Shown: piece after piece, positions 21,948 to 32,783 of the stretch
Layout: every line of letters starts with the position of its first letter
Position numbering within the stretch: position 1 is the first letter of the stretch
DNA from: Promethearchaeota archaeon
Lineage (GTDB): Archaea; Asgardarchaeota; Lokiarchaeia; Sigyniarchaeales; SOKP01
Direction: 5' to 3'
Length of the DNA: 64,000 nucleotides
Assembly: GCA_030603385.1 (NCBI GenBank)
Contig: JAUVXW010000006.1
Span: forward strand, 32,001 to 96,000
The notes under the pieces: generated by a model
What the model saw: only the letters and a program-made list of their open reading frames with translations
What the model was told of the DNA's origin: nothing
The model's database searches: none
Translations under genes and position numbers: made by a program

Positions 21948-24900
21948 TTAGGCTAAAAGTGCAGTAATCATGGCATTTATTTGCTCAAAGCCAAAATGTT
22001 TAATAACAATTGTAGAATTTGGGCATTGTGCTCCACATGTTCCACATCCTTTACATAATGCAGGGTTGACATGAGATTTTTTTATCGTAATTGTGCAATC
22101 TTCGAACACTTTTAGTTGCTCTATTAATTCTATAGCGTTAAATTGACAAACTTCAACACAATTTCCACATCCAATGCAATTTTCTTCTATTACAGTTGCA
22201 ACAAGGCCAGAGGTAACAATACTTTTAGCACTTAAAACCTTAACCGCTTGAGCTGCAGCTCCGTTAGCTTGGGCAACAGATTCTCTAATATTTTTAGGTG
22301 AGTGCGCACATCCACATAAAAATATACCATCGGTTGCAAAGTCAATCGGTCTTAATTTCACATGAGCTTCTAGAAAGAATTTATCCTCATTAAGTGGAAC
22401 TTTTAGCATTTTTGCTAGGTCTTCATTTTCTTTTATAGGTGCTACGAGTCCTGTACTTAAAACGATTAACTCTGGATTTATTTCCAATTTTCCTATATCA
22501 AGTCTTTCAACTAAAATACTTAATTTTTTATTTTTTATTTTTAATTCTGGGGGCTTATCTTCATCAAATCTAATGAAAACAACTTTTTTTTCTCTTGCTA
22601 AATTGTAATATTTTTCCTTGAATCCATATGTTCTAATATCGCGATATAAAATCATTATTTCTAGATTTGGATTGATTTCTTTTGCTTTTAATGCATTTTT
22701 TATGGCTTCAGAGCAACATATTCGACTGCAGTATGGATGCTCTTCATTTCTAGAGCCAATACATTGTATCATTACTATTGAATTTAATTTTTTAACATCA
22801 TCAGTGGTAAAAAGAATTTTTTCAAAGTCAGATTGAGATATAATTCTATGATCTTGCCCAAATTTGTATTCGTTTGGTTGATATTCTTTTGCACCCGTAG
22901 CCACAATAATAATTCCATGTTCTAGATCAATACTTTTATTATTTTTTCCATAAAATATATTTGTGGTGAAATTACCTATGTACCCAGATATTGAATTAAT
23001 TTGGGCTTTTGTAAATACTCGAATTAGCTGATTGTTTTCAACTTCTTGTATTAGATTTGTAAGAAATTCCTGAATATCGTCATTTTCAAGGGTTTGAAAA
23101 ATATTTTTTGCAAATCCTCCTAGTGAATCTTCCTTTTCAATTAAGAATACTTCAAAACCTTGAGAAGCCAAATTTAAAGCCGTAGACATTCCAGATACGC
23201 CCCCACCTATAATTAAACCTTTATCGATTACATCAATTTCTTGTTCTTGTAAGGGAATTAACTGTGCAGCTTTAGCTACTGACATCCTTAGTAAGTCTTT
23301 TGCTTTCGCTGTTGCCTTTTCAGCTTCATGCATATGAACCCAAGAACATTGATCTCGGATATTGACCATCTCAAAAAGATATTTGTTCAATCCTACCTCC
23401 TGTATTGTTGCTTGAAATAAGGGTTCGTGAGTTCTTGGAGTACATGAGGCAACTATGACTCTATTAAGTTGATTTTCTCTTATTTTTTCTTTAATATTCG
23501 TTTGAGTATCAGCAGAGCAAGTGTATAGATTATGTTCAGCATATACTACATTTGGTAATGTTTTTACGTATTCAACAATCTCAGGAACGTTAACAACGCC
23601 ACCTATATTAATCCCGCAATGGCATATAAAGATCCCTATTTTTGGTGGTTGATCACTTACATCAATTTCTTCGGGTAGTTCCTTCTTTGAGATTAATGTA
23701 TTTCTTGCATCTGACAGAAGAACATTAACACATCCTGCAGCAGCACTTGCTTCGATAACGGTTTCTGGAATATCTTTGGGCGAAGCAAACATCCCACATA
23801 CATAGATTCCAGGTTTTGATGTTTCTACAGGATTAAAACTTTTAGTTTTACAGAAACCATATTCATTTAACTCTATATTTAACTTCTGGGCTAATTCCAT
23901 AGAACTCTTATTAGGCTGTGCTCCTACGGCAAGAACAACTAAATTAAATATTTCTTCAATAATTTCTCCTGCATCTGTCTCATATCTAATCTTTAAATCT
24001 TTTGAATCTGGAATTTCACTAATAGAGGAAATCCTTCTTCTAATGTATCGTATACCATGTTCATGCTTAGCTCGCTCGATATATTTATCAAAATCTTTAC
24101 CATATGCTCGTATATCCATTGTAAAGATCGTGGGTTCTATAAAATTCACATGTTCTTTTGCAATTACCGCTTCTTTTGTGGTATACATACAACATACTGA
24201 AGAGCAATATTCCGCATTAATCCTTTTATCTCTGGATCCAACACATTGTAGGAACGCTATTTTTTTCGGAATAATTCCATCAGAAGGACGGAGTATTAAA
24301 CCCGAGTGAGGACCACTAGCGCTTAATGTACGTTCAAATTCAGTACTCGTTATAACATTCAAAAATTTATCATAGCCAAGATTTGTTAAAGGACTGGGTT
24401 CAAATTCATCAAAACCAATTGCTACAATTACTGCTCCTATATTAAGGTTAATTCTTCTATCTTTAAGTTCATAATCTATAGCATTAGCTTTACAAATTTC
24501 TTTACAAACTTCACATCCTATACATTTCTCTTTATCTATTGAGAAAACTAATGGAACTGCTTGTGGAAATTTTACAGATATTGCTGCTTTTTTTGATAAT
24601 CCTTCATTGAAAAAATCAATAGCTTCAATAGGGCATTTTTGCGCACACACACCACAGCCAGTACATTTGTCTTGATCCAGATATAATGATTTTTGGACGA
24701 TATCCACATTAAAATTTCCTGGTTTTCCTTCGATTTTCTCGATAGATGAATTTATTAATATATCTATGTTTTCATGACGACCAGTAAGCACTAATTTTGG
24801 AGCAAGGATGCATATAGCACAATCATTAGTAGGAAAAGTTTTATCTAACTGAGACATAACTCCACCGATACTCATCGTTGATTCTACTATATATACTTTA

Positions 24901-24983
24901 TACCCTGAATCTGCTAAATCAATGGAAGCTTGAATACCTGCTATACCTCCACCAACAACCAGTACAGCACCAACTTTTTCCAT
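21948..24983 (-). CDS. hdrA: Large HdrA-family flavoprotein (most divergent of the four large copies)
   Basis: GGGIAG, DKTFPTNDCAIC, CVGSR, CHCGINI, CIGSR, YCSRICC, C-terminal ferredoxin. Confidence 0.93.
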   Translation of the reverse strand: MEKVGAVLVVGGGIAGIQASIDLADSGYKVYIVESTMSIGGVMSQLDKTFPTNDCAICILAPKLVLTGRHENIDILINSSIEKIEGKPGNFNVDIVQKSLYLDQDKCTGCGVCAQKCPIEAIDFFNEGLSKKAAISVKFPQAVPLVFSIDKEKCIGCEVCKEICKANAIDYELKDRRINLNIGAVIVAIGFDEFEPSPLTNLGYDKFLNVITSTEFERTLSASGPHSGLILRPSDGIIPKKIAFLQCVGSRDKRINAEYCSSVCCMYTTKEAVIAKEHVNFIEPTIFTMDIRAYGKDFDKYIERAKHEHGIRYIRRRISSISEIPDSKDLKIRYETDAGEIIEEIFNLVVLAVGAQPNKSSMELAQKLNIELNEYGFCKTKSFNPVETSKPGIYVCGMFASPKDIPETVIEASAAAGCVNVLLSDARNTLISKKELPEEIDVSDQPPKIGIFICHCGINIGGVVNVPEIVEYVKTLPNVVYAEHNLYTCSADTQTNIKEKIRENQLNRVIVASCTPRTHEPLFQATIQEVGLNKYLFEMVNIRDQCSWVHMHEAEKATAKAKDLLRMSVAKAAQLIPLQEQEIDVIDKGLIIGGGVSGMSTALNLASQGFEVFLIEKEDSLGGFAKNIFQTLENDDIQEFLTNLIQEVENNQLIRVFTKAQINSISGYIGNFTTNIFYGKNNKSIDLEHGIIIVATGAKEYQPNEYKFGQDHRIISQSDFEKILFTTDDVKKLNSIVMIQCIGSRNEEHPYCSRICCSEAIKNALKAKEINPNLEIMILYRDIRTYGFKEKYYNLAREKKVVFIRFDEDKPPELKIKNKKLSILVERLDIGKLEINPELIVLSTGLVAPIKENEDLAKMLKVPLNEDKFFLEAHVKLRPIDFATDGIFLCGCAHSPKNIRESVAQANGAAAQAVKVLSAKSIVTSGLVATVIEENCIGCGNCVEVCQFNAIELIEQLKVFEDCTITIKKSHVNPALCKGCGTCGAQCPNSTIVIKHFGFEQINAMITALLA

Positions 24984-25756
24984 TATTTACCCTCCTTAAT
25001 TGATATGAATGTAGGTATTTCTTCATTAACCTCGTGTAAATCGACTAATCCTTTTTGTCTTAAAGAGACTATATGACTCAACACATTATTTGGGGCAATT
25101 TGAACTTCTTTAGAGATTTCTGGCACTGATTTACCATTTTGAGAAATTATTTGTAATATTTTATGACGTTCAAATTCATTATGGATCGCATCATCAAGAA
25201 TTTGTTCAAATTTCTCTAATGTAATTGTCTCGTTATATGCATTACCTTCATTAATAATTTTTCTTTCTCTACCAACTAGAATTCTAAGTCTTGAATCTTT
25301 CAATACAGATTTTATCGCATCAAAATCGAAACTTAATTTATTTTTTAATTTTTTGTTCTTAATTGGATTTGGACCTAAATTTTTAATATGCTCATTAAAT
25401 TCATTAACTATTTGAGCGAATCTATTTCCTTCAGCAGCAGAAACCCAATCTAAACGTAAACGTTCAGAAAACCCAATTATCTCCAATAATTTACTCAACA
25501 TCTTCATTTTTATCTCTGCTTCAAAATTACCGCTTATATAATGGCAATCTCCTGGATGGCATCCTAAAATAAGCACGCCATCAATATTTCTTGAAAGTGC
25601 TTCAGCAATAAATATAGGATCAACTCTTCCACTACACATTACTCTTACTATTCTAATATTAGGAGAATACTGAATTCGACTTACACCAGCAAGATCAGCT
25701 CCAGCATAAGAGCACCAATTACATAAAAATCCTAAAATTTTTGGATTAAAATTCAT
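24983..25756 (-). CDS. mvhD: MvhD fused to a C-terminal helical/winged-helix domain
   Basis: [15 protein letters not shown]...GCHPGDCHY plus an extension of about 120 aa ending KSVPEISKEVQIAPNNVLSHIVSLRQKGLV. Confidence 0.9.
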   Translation of the reverse strand: MNFNPKILGFLCNWCSYAGADLAGVSRIQYSPNIRIVRVMCSGRVDPIFIAEALSRNIDGVLILGCHPGDCHYISGNFEAEIKMKMLSKLLEIIGFSERLRLDWVSAAEGNRFAQIVNEFNEHIKNLGPNPIKNKKLKNKLSFDFDAIKSVLKDSRLRILVGRERKIINEGNAYNETITLEKFEQILDDAIHNEFERHKILQIISQNGKSVPEISKEVQIAPNNVLSHIVSLRQKGLVDLHEVNEEIPTFISIKEGK

Positions 25757-25761
25757 TTCAG

Positions 25762-28700
25762 TTAATCTCCTCCATATACAATAATTTCTGATAAGATTTG
25801 GTTGTCTGTGAAGTGATGTATAGTTATTGCATTTTCAGGACAACTGGCACCACATACTCCACATCCTTTACACATAAGTTTGTTAACAACCGCTATTTCT
25901 TGTTCATTCTTCGATATCGCATTATATGGGCAAAGTTTCGTACAAACACCACATCCGATACACATTTCATCATCCACTTCTGCCACTAAACCCGATGCAA
26001 CAATATCTTCTGAACTTAAAAATCTGCTTGCTCTTCCTGCTGCTCCATTTGCCTGAGTAATTGATTCTTGAATATGTTTTGGCCAATGGGCACATCCACA
26101 TAAAAATATTCCCTCCGTAGCAAAATCTACGGGTCTTAATTTAACATGGGCTTCTAAGAAAAAACCTTGACTATCTAAGGGCACTTTGAGCATTTTTGCT
26201 AATTCTTCTGAATTTTCTGGAGGACTCATGGGAGGAGATAAGACGATTAGATCTGTTTCAAAATTGATAATATCTTGTAAATTAGTATCAAATACTTTTA
26301 TTCCATATTTTTCAGGTTTATTGCTTATTTTTTTAATTTCTGGCGGATTCTCTAAATCATATCTCAGAAGAATTGCATCTTTTCTTCTGTCAAAGAAATA
26401 TTCTTCAAATTCTTTTTTAGCCATTTGAAAATCTCGATAAAGAACAATCATTTCGAGATCCGGCTTTAATTCTTTAAGGATATTCAAATTTTTAATAGAT
26501 ATTGCACAACAAACATTTGAACAGTATGTAATTCCTTCTTTTTCTCTCGCATTAGCACACAAGATAGTCGTTATACGTTTGATCTTATCAAGCCATGATT
26601 TATCTTCAGCTTTTAATTTCCTTTCTAATTCTAATTGGGTAATCACATTTTGATTTTTATTATCATATTGAGGATATCCAATAGGTTTTAATTCTCGACC
26701 TCCAGTAGCAACTATAATAACACCAACTTTGTGTTCGCTAATTTCATGTTTGGAGTCAATAATGGACACGTCATAATTACCAATATATCCTTTAACATCG
26801 TTTACTTTAGATTCCAACCAAACTTGAATCTTTTTATTTTTTGTAATATCTTCTTTTATATTCCTTAAAAATGTTGAAGAATCTTCTTGAGTGGGATATA
26901 AGAGATATAAATCATTCAAAATTCCCCCTAGCATCTTCGCTTTTTCTACGAGATAAACAGTAAATCCTTGATTAGCGATGGTTAATGCAGCAGTCATTCC
27001 AGATATTCCACCACCTATTATTAATGCTTTTTGTGTTACTGATAGTGTTTGTTCTTCTTGGGGCTTTAATAATCTGGATTTAGCAACAGCCATTTCAATT
27101 AGATCTTTTGCTTTTTGCGTAGCTTCTTCATGTTGTTCCATGTGGACCCAAGAACACTGGTCCCTGATGTTAGCCATCTGAAACAAGTATTTATTCATTC
27201 CTGCTTCTTGACATGTCTCTTGAAATAATGATTCATGAGTTCGCGGCGTACACGATGCTACAATAAACCTATTTAAATTAAATTCATCTATCACTTCTTT
27301 AATTCGTTCTTGAGAATCGGAACTGCATGAATACAAATTGTCTTCACAATAAACCACATTAGGCAAGTTCTTTATATGTTCTATAACCCCAGGAATATCA
27401 ATATATTTCCCAATGTTAATCCCACAATGACAAATAAGTACGCCAATTCTAGGGTCGTCTGTTAATTTAACTTCTTTTTCTGGTACTTCTATTATTTTTT
27501 CTTTAGTTTCAGTAAATTTAACAGAACTAAGTAGGACCGCTACTTGTGAAGCCACTCCACTGGCATCAGCTACAGTTTCAGGTATATCCATAGGACCTTG
27601 GCAAAATCCCGCTAAAAATATACCTTTTTTCGAGGATATTGATTTAGTAAAATGCGATTTCTCCTTAAAAAAATTATAGTCATCAAGTTCGATATCTAAA
27701 ATCTTAGCTAATTCTTCTGTTCCAATAGAGGGAATCAAAGGTGTTGCCAAGACGACTAAGTTTGCTCGAAAATCATTAAGTAATCCTGATTGTAAATCTT
27801 CATAATGAATAATCAAATCATTAGTTTCAGGATCTTCCTTAATTTTACTAATTTTCGTATGAAAATAATTTACCCCATACTCACTTTGAGCTCTCTGTGT
27901 GAATTCGTAGAAATTCTTTCCATAAGCTCTAATATCATGTCTAAAAACATAACATTGTGAATGATCAGAATGTTCCTTAGTGATTATGGCTTCCTTACTC
28001 GTATACATGCAACATACGCTAGAACAATAGGGAATTCTTTCGTGCAAGTCTCTTGATCCCGCACATTGAATAAATGCTACTATTTCTGGTTCATTCTTGT
28101 CACTCGGACGTAAAACTTGCCCACCAAAAGGTCCAGAAGCAGATAAAATTCTTTCATACTCCAAGGCAGTCACTACATTATCGTAATTAATACCCCATCT
28201 TGATGATAAACCATCTCTGGCCATATCAAAGCCAGTAGCAACCACTATCGCTCCGACTTTTATTTGAATTTCTTCAGGTTTTTGTGTGAAATCTATAGCT
28301 TCTGCTTCACAAACTTTTTCACAGACACCACATACATCCCTTGTTAGTTTTAAACACATATCAGGATCAATCAAATAAATTGGCGGAACTGCTTGAGGAA
28401 ATGGGATATATATAGATTTTCTTTTTCCTAGATCCATATCAAATATATTTGGGGCTTCGATCTTTGGACATTTAGTGGTACAGTCTCCACATCCTTTGCA
28501 TTTAGTCTCATCAACAAAACGAGGCTTCTTAAGAACGGTAACCTTAAAGTTTCCGGAGTCTCCAGTAATATCTTTAACTTCATGATAAGTCATTAACTCG
28601 ATGTTAGGATTTCTGAATACTTCAACCATTTTGGGTGCCAAGATGCATAAACTACAATCTAAAGTAGGAAATGTTTTATCGAGTTGAGCCATTCTACCTC

Positions 28701-28812
28701 CAATAGAGGGAGTTTTTTCCACTAGATAAACTTTAAATCCAATTTCCGTTAAATCTAAAGATGCCTGGATTCCAGCAATACCTCCTCCAATTACTAACAC
28801 AGATCCTTCCAT
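25762..28812 (-). CDS. hdrA: Large HdrA-family flavoprotein
   Basis: Same motif set as the other large HdrA copies; GAGGAG RBS. Confidence 0.93.
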   Translation of the reverse strand: MEGSVLVIGGGIAGIQASLDLTEIGFKVYLVEKTPSIGGRMAQLDKTFPTLDCSLCILAPKMVEVFRNPNIELMTYHEVKDITGDSGNFKVTVLKKPRFVDETKCKGCGDCTTKCPKIEAPNIFDMDLGKRKSIYIPFPQAVPPIYLIDPDMCLKLTRDVCGVCEKVCEAEAIDFTQKPEEIQIKVGAIVVATGFDMARDGLSSRWGINYDNVVTALEYERILSASGPFGGQVLRPSDKNEPEIVAFIQCAGSRDLHERIPYCSSVCCMYTSKEAIITKEHSDHSQCYVFRHDIRAYGKNFYEFTQRAQSEYGVNYFHTKISKIKEDPETNDLIIHYEDLQSGLLNDFRANLVVLATPLIPSIGTEELAKILDIELDDYNFFKEKSHFTKSISSKKGIFLAGFCQGPMDIPETVADASGVASQVAVLLSSVKFTETKEKIIEVPEKEVKLTDDPRIGVLICHCGINIGKYIDIPGVIEHIKNLPNVVYCEDNLYSCSSDSQERIKEVIDEFNLNRFIVASCTPRTHESLFQETCQEAGMNKYLFQMANIRDQCSWVHMEQHEEATQKAKDLIEMAVAKSRLLKPQEEQTLSVTQKALIIGGGISGMTAALTIANQGFTVYLVEKAKMLGGILNDLYLLYPTQEDSSTFLRNIKEDITKNKKIQVWLESKVNDVKGYIGNYDVSIIDSKHEISEHKVGVIIVATGGRELKPIGYPQYDNKNQNVITQLELERKLKAEDKSWLDKIKRITTILCANAREKEGITYCSNVCCAISIKNLNILKELKPDLEMIVLYRDFQMAKKEFEEYFFDRRKDAILLRYDLENPPEIKKISNKPEKYGIKVFDTNLQDIINFETDLIVLSPPMSPPENSEELAKMLKVPLDSQGFFLEAHVKLRPVDFATEGIFLCGCAHWPKHIQESITQANGAAGRASRFLSSEDIVASGLVAEVDDEMCIGCGVCTKLCPYNAISKNEQEIAVVNKLMCKGCGVCGASCPENAITIHHFTDNQILSEIIVYGGD

Positions 28813-28835
28813 TATAATATGATCTCCTCAATTTT

Positions 28836-30092
28836 TTAACTATTCAAAATTATTATTATATCTGCGAAAAATTCTGAAAGATCTGAAATTTCTACTGAAG
28901 AAATATCATCATAATCTTTTTTAATACAGTTTAAATGAACATTACATTTAGGACACGATGTAAATAGTTGAGTAGCAACTTCTTTTGCTTCTAAGATACG
29001 GGTGTATCGTAATGCTTTAGAGCGCTCGTTACAATTTAACCAAGAGCTTACTCCACAGCATAAGGAATTTTCTTGATTGTGTTTCATTTCTTTAAAATTA
29101 TATCCTAAGACCTGTAAGTAATTAAAGATTTCCCTTAAATTTTTTACCAAGTTATTGTCGGCTGGTAAAAATCTACTTAACCTACATGGATCATGATATG
29201 TAAAAGTGGTTTTCTTATATTTTTCATTTGGTTTTTTAAAATCAATCTTACCTTGCTTCCACTTATCATAAACATATTCTATAATATGTTTAACATCAAA
29301 TTGCTCATTGAAATCATCAAATAAATTCGAATAATCTACCTTGAATGTCCTGTAGCATTCCGCACAAGCAGTGATTATTGTTGTTATTCCTGCTTTTTCA
29401 AAATTTTCTCGATTCTTCTTTGCTAACTCAATAAAAACTTCAAATTTTCCTTGACCCCAATATAAATCATGTCCGCAACAAATTTCTTCCTTAAGTACAA
29501 CGATTGGGTCATTTTCAATTTGACAAATAGTTTTTAAAGTACTTGCTGAGATAGATTTTAAATTCTGAAAATCGTAATCGAAAAACGGTAAACATCCTAC
29601 ATAATATAGAGTTTTACCTTTATTTGCAATCTTACAACCTTTTGGGATCCAATCTAAAGGTCGATTGACATTAATATTGTTTTGGCTCATTAACTCACCC
29701 ATCGTAGGATAAATTCCTTTATGAGCAATGGATCGATCAAGATTATGAATTCCCTTATTTCTCATTTTATATCTTAGAATTCGAGCAATATCCGCAAAAT
29801 TTATGTCTTTAGGACAATTTTGAAGACAACTATTACATGTCAAACAATCCCACAATAGTCCATTTTCAACTATCTCGTCTTCAAAACCTTCCAAGATCAT
29901 TTGGATGATCCTACTAGGTGTAAATTTCTGAACCTTACTAATTTGGCATACTCCTGAGCATCGTGCGCACTGATAACATTTTTTCAACAAATTTCTTAAA
30001 TCTGTTTCATATATTTTATCTAAATAAATATGATTTTCATCAATTTCTTGGTCAATTTTACTGCGTTTTTTTGGCTCAGTCAGGTAACTCAC
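28836..30092 (-). CDS. HdrD-like (Fe-S)-binding oxidoreductase, paralog of 16232..17530
   Basis: CYQCARCSGVC, CLTCNSCLQNCP, CCG x2. Confidence 0.85.
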   Translation of the reverse strand: MSYLTEPKKRSKIDQEIDENHIYLDKIYETDLRNLLKKCYQCARCSGVCQISKVQKFTPSRIIQMILEGFEDEIVENGLLWDCLTCNSCLQNCPKDINFADIARILRYKMRNKGIHNLDRSIAHKGIYPTMGELMSQNNINVNRPLDWIPKGCKIANKGKTLYYVGCLPFFDYDFQNLKSISASTLKTICQIENDPIVVLKEEICCGHDLYWGQGKFEVFIELAKKNRENFEKAGITTIITACAECYRTFKVDYSNLFDDFNEQFDVKHIIEYVYDKWKQGKIDFKKPNEKYKKTTFTYHDPCRLSRFLPADNNLVKNLREIFNYLQVLGYNFKEMKHNQENSLCCGVSSWLNCNERSKALRYTRILEAKEVATQLFTSCPKCNVHLNCIKKDYDDISSVEISDLSEFFADIIIILNS

Positions 30093-30099
30093 ATCCTTA

Positions 30100-31200
30100 C
30101 TATAAATTTTTCATAAAACTTACTTCCCGTTCCATTTTTGAATGAGAGAACTTTGTTATTAGCTCTTTCATATTTTCTTTTTCAGGAGCTTTAAGTACTA
30201 AATTTTTGATAATTTTTTCACCTAAAACTTTATGAAATAATTTTTTGCCTTTTTCTGTACGGGGAATTACAGTGGTGTATTTATCTGGAGATCCAAGCCC
30301 TCCAAAAGAAATGTCTGAATAAATATTGGTGAAATCAGCACAACTAAAGCAAGCGGGACGTACATAATCAACTATTTTATCAAAGGGAATATGTACTACT
30401 CTCCCTTCTGGATCAATTTTTAAAATAAGATCCTCTTTAATGTTTATTTTTGTGATATTTTCAAACTTAACATCAAAATCTTTCTCAAATCTTTTTATTT
30501 GAGATTTGTCAAAAAGAAAATTGTGATAACAAAACAATCCTAAACAAATTTCAATATATTCTGAAGGAGTAACCCCTAAATTTTGCATACATCTAATTGT
30601 ATAAATTTGACAAGGAGTTCCTACTATTGCTAGTTTTTTAAACTTATAATGGTTTAATTGTGGAATGGAGCGTGTGTAGGTACAGAAGTTCTGGATTTCA
30701 TCTAATTGTGTAGATATTTCAAGTTTTATCCCTGAACCTTTAATTAAATCCATTTTATCACCAGCAAACATAGCTTCTCTGGAAAAAGGTCCCTGAACTT
30801 TAGCAACTATTGCTCCATCTATTAATTTCTTTTCTATCATATAATTAATTATTGAGTTCACTACTCCACCATCAGTTCCATATTTTAGAAAATCAGAATC
30901 AGTAGATTGGCAAGAAAAAATATCTTCGAAATGACCAAGTGGCATTGATTTAAAATCTGTAAATTTATAAGTTTTGTTAAGCTCATCATCTAAGATATGA
31001 GTTTGAGGACAGAGATAATAACAAATGCCACATTCAAGGCAGGCATCCTTATTTACATATTCTGGGGGTGAATTCGGTTTTTTAAAACCTATTACTTTTT
31101 CGAATGCTGCTGAACAAAAAGAAGTGCATCCTCCACATTCTTGACAGATTCCTTTTTCATGAACTTCCTTAATTAAATCTTGAAATGTTTTTATACTCAT
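30100..31200 (-). CDS. Coenzyme F420 hydrogenase/dehydrogenase beta-subunit (FrhB/FdhB) family protein
   Basis: N-terminal ferredoxin, DGGVV, VGTPCQ, GLFC, CFSCADF, DISFG. Confidence 0.88.
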   Translation of the reverse strand: MSIKTFQDLIKEVHEKGICQECGGCTSFCSAAFEKVIGFKKPNSPPEYVNKDACLECGICYYLCPQTHILDDELNKTYKFTDFKSMPLGHFEDIFSCQSTDSDFLKYGTDGGVVNSIINYMIEKKLIDGAIVAKVQGPFSREAMFAGDKMDLIKGSGIKLEISTQLDEIQNFCTYTRSIPQLNHYKFKKLAIVGTPCQIYTIRCMQNLGVTPSEYIEICLGLFCYHNFLFDKSQIKRFEKDFDVKFENITKINIKEDLILKIDPEGRVVHIPFDKIVDYVRPACFSCADFTNIYSDISFGGLGSPDKYTTVIPRTEKGKKLFHKVLGEKIIKNLVLKAPEKENMKELITKFSHSKMEREVSFMKNL

Positions 31201-31216
31201 AATAAAAATTTTTAAT

Positions 31217-32713
31217 TTACTTTTTTTCTAATTTGATTGATTTACAGTTTTTTCTTTTGGTGCCAGCAATCCTTTCTAATAAGGGTTGTCCTGGTTTAAC
31301 CTCCTTTAAGCTTTTAGATTCTATTAATCCTGCTTTAATTGCATCTTTATAGATTTTATCACCTTTTTTGTTTCGCGTAATTACTGTAGACCAACCACTA
31401 GGGGACCCAATCGATCCGACAGAAATATCAGCATAATCAGCAGTTAAATCCTCACAAAAATGACAATTATGGCGAGCGTAGGATTTAACTTCTTTTAAGG
31501 GTACTCCAAAATCTTCACCCGAATCTAAATATATAATAAATTTGCCCCCACTTATATCCATTTTAGTAACTTTTTTAAAATCTTTATCAAATTGATCTTT
31601 AATTAAATTAAGTACACCTTCATATGGAAAAGATTCCATGCAGAAAAGCCCTATTCTATATTTGATGTTTTTGAAAAAAGGTTGTCCACTTGGAAATAAA
31701 TACCCTTTTTTCAATGCATTCATCATACAAGGAACTCCTACGACTGCAATATTTTCGTACTTTTTTGTTTCATCAATGATACTCAAAGTTGAGGCATTAG
31801 CGTATTTAGTGCCACTGGTTTTGTACAGATCTTTAACATTTTCAACTATTACTGGCTCTGGTTTCCATAGTTCCTCTGAATGTTTAACAGCTACAATTGC
31901 ATCAACTAATTTATTCTTGAGTAAATATTCAAGTAAAGAAGTAACTATCCCCCCATCTTGTCTTACTTTTTTAATATTGTCTTTAGTGGTGGTGGCAGAA
32001 TATGTATTAATATAGCCATTAATTTTTTCTGAAAATTTTAAAGATTTATCAAGTTTATTTATACTTTTACCCGCTTGTTCAATTGAAAATGATCTCGGGC
32101 AAACAGAATAACATAAACCACATTTCATACATGTTTCATCATTGATCTCTAAAGTATCTGCTGTGACTGTAATGGCATTTACAGGGCAAATTGATGAGCA
32201 CCAACCACATTGACAGCATACTTCAGAATCAAACACAATAGAAACAGGTTCAAAAAAATGTTCAATAAAATCATCAGGTATCTCTTTAACTTGATATCTA
32301 TAGAAAAATTCTTTTTCCTCGACTTCTTTTTCTTCTCCCTTTATTTTCTTAATAACGGTTTTGGTTTTAACTTCGATATGTTCTTCGATATATCCTTGTT
32401 CTTTAAGATAAATAATATCACAAATGACGTTTTCTGGTGGAAAATCTTTTAGAATTTTTGAAATTTCCTCTAAAAATAACGGTTCCTTACCTATTAATGC
32501 CTCTAACACTAATTTACGCTCTGTTTCAGCATCGATCATAGTATCTATTATTTCATAAAATTCTTCTTCAGAATATTTTCCAGTTTTCAAAATTTCATCT
32601 TTTGCTTCGAAAAATGCCCTAATTTGAAAGTTTTCAATTGCTTTATAGGTCGCATCCATTAAATTCTTTGGAGATATTCCATCGAAATTTAGATTTTTTG
32701 AAATTTGAACCAT
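31217..32713 (-). CDS. FrhB/FdhB-family protein with N-terminal winged-helix-like extension
   Basis: CCQCGWCSSICP, QDGGIVT, VGVPC, GLFCME, CHFCED, DISVGSIGSP. Confidence 0.88.
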   Translation of the reverse strand: MVQISKNLNFDGISPKNLMDATYKAIENFQIRAFFEAKDEILKTGKYSEEEFYEIIDTMIDAETERKLVLEALIGKEPLFLEEISKILKDFPPENVICDIIYLKEQGYIEEHIEVKTKTVIKKIKGEEKEVEEKEFFYRYQVKEIPDDFIEHFFEPVSIVFDSEVCCQCGWCSSICPVNAITVTADTLEINDETCMKCGLCYSVCPRSFSIEQAGKSINKLDKSLKFSEKINGYINTYSATTTKDNIKKVRQDGGIVTSLLEYLLKNKLVDAIVAVKHSEELWKPEPVIVENVKDLYKTSGTKYANASTLSIIDETKKYENIAVVGVPCMMNALKKGYLFPSGQPFFKNIKYRIGLFCMESFPYEGVLNLIKDQFDKDFKKVTKMDISGGKFIIYLDSGEDFGVPLKEVKSYARHNCHFCEDLTADYADISVGSIGSPSGWSTVITRNKKGDKIYKDAIKAGLIESKSLKEVKPGQPLLERIAGTKRKNCKSIKLEKK

Positions 32714-32783
32714 ATTTCCGTCCTTTTGGATTACATTTTTAAAAAATTTTTATTTTTAATTGAATACTATTTAAAAACCCCTT

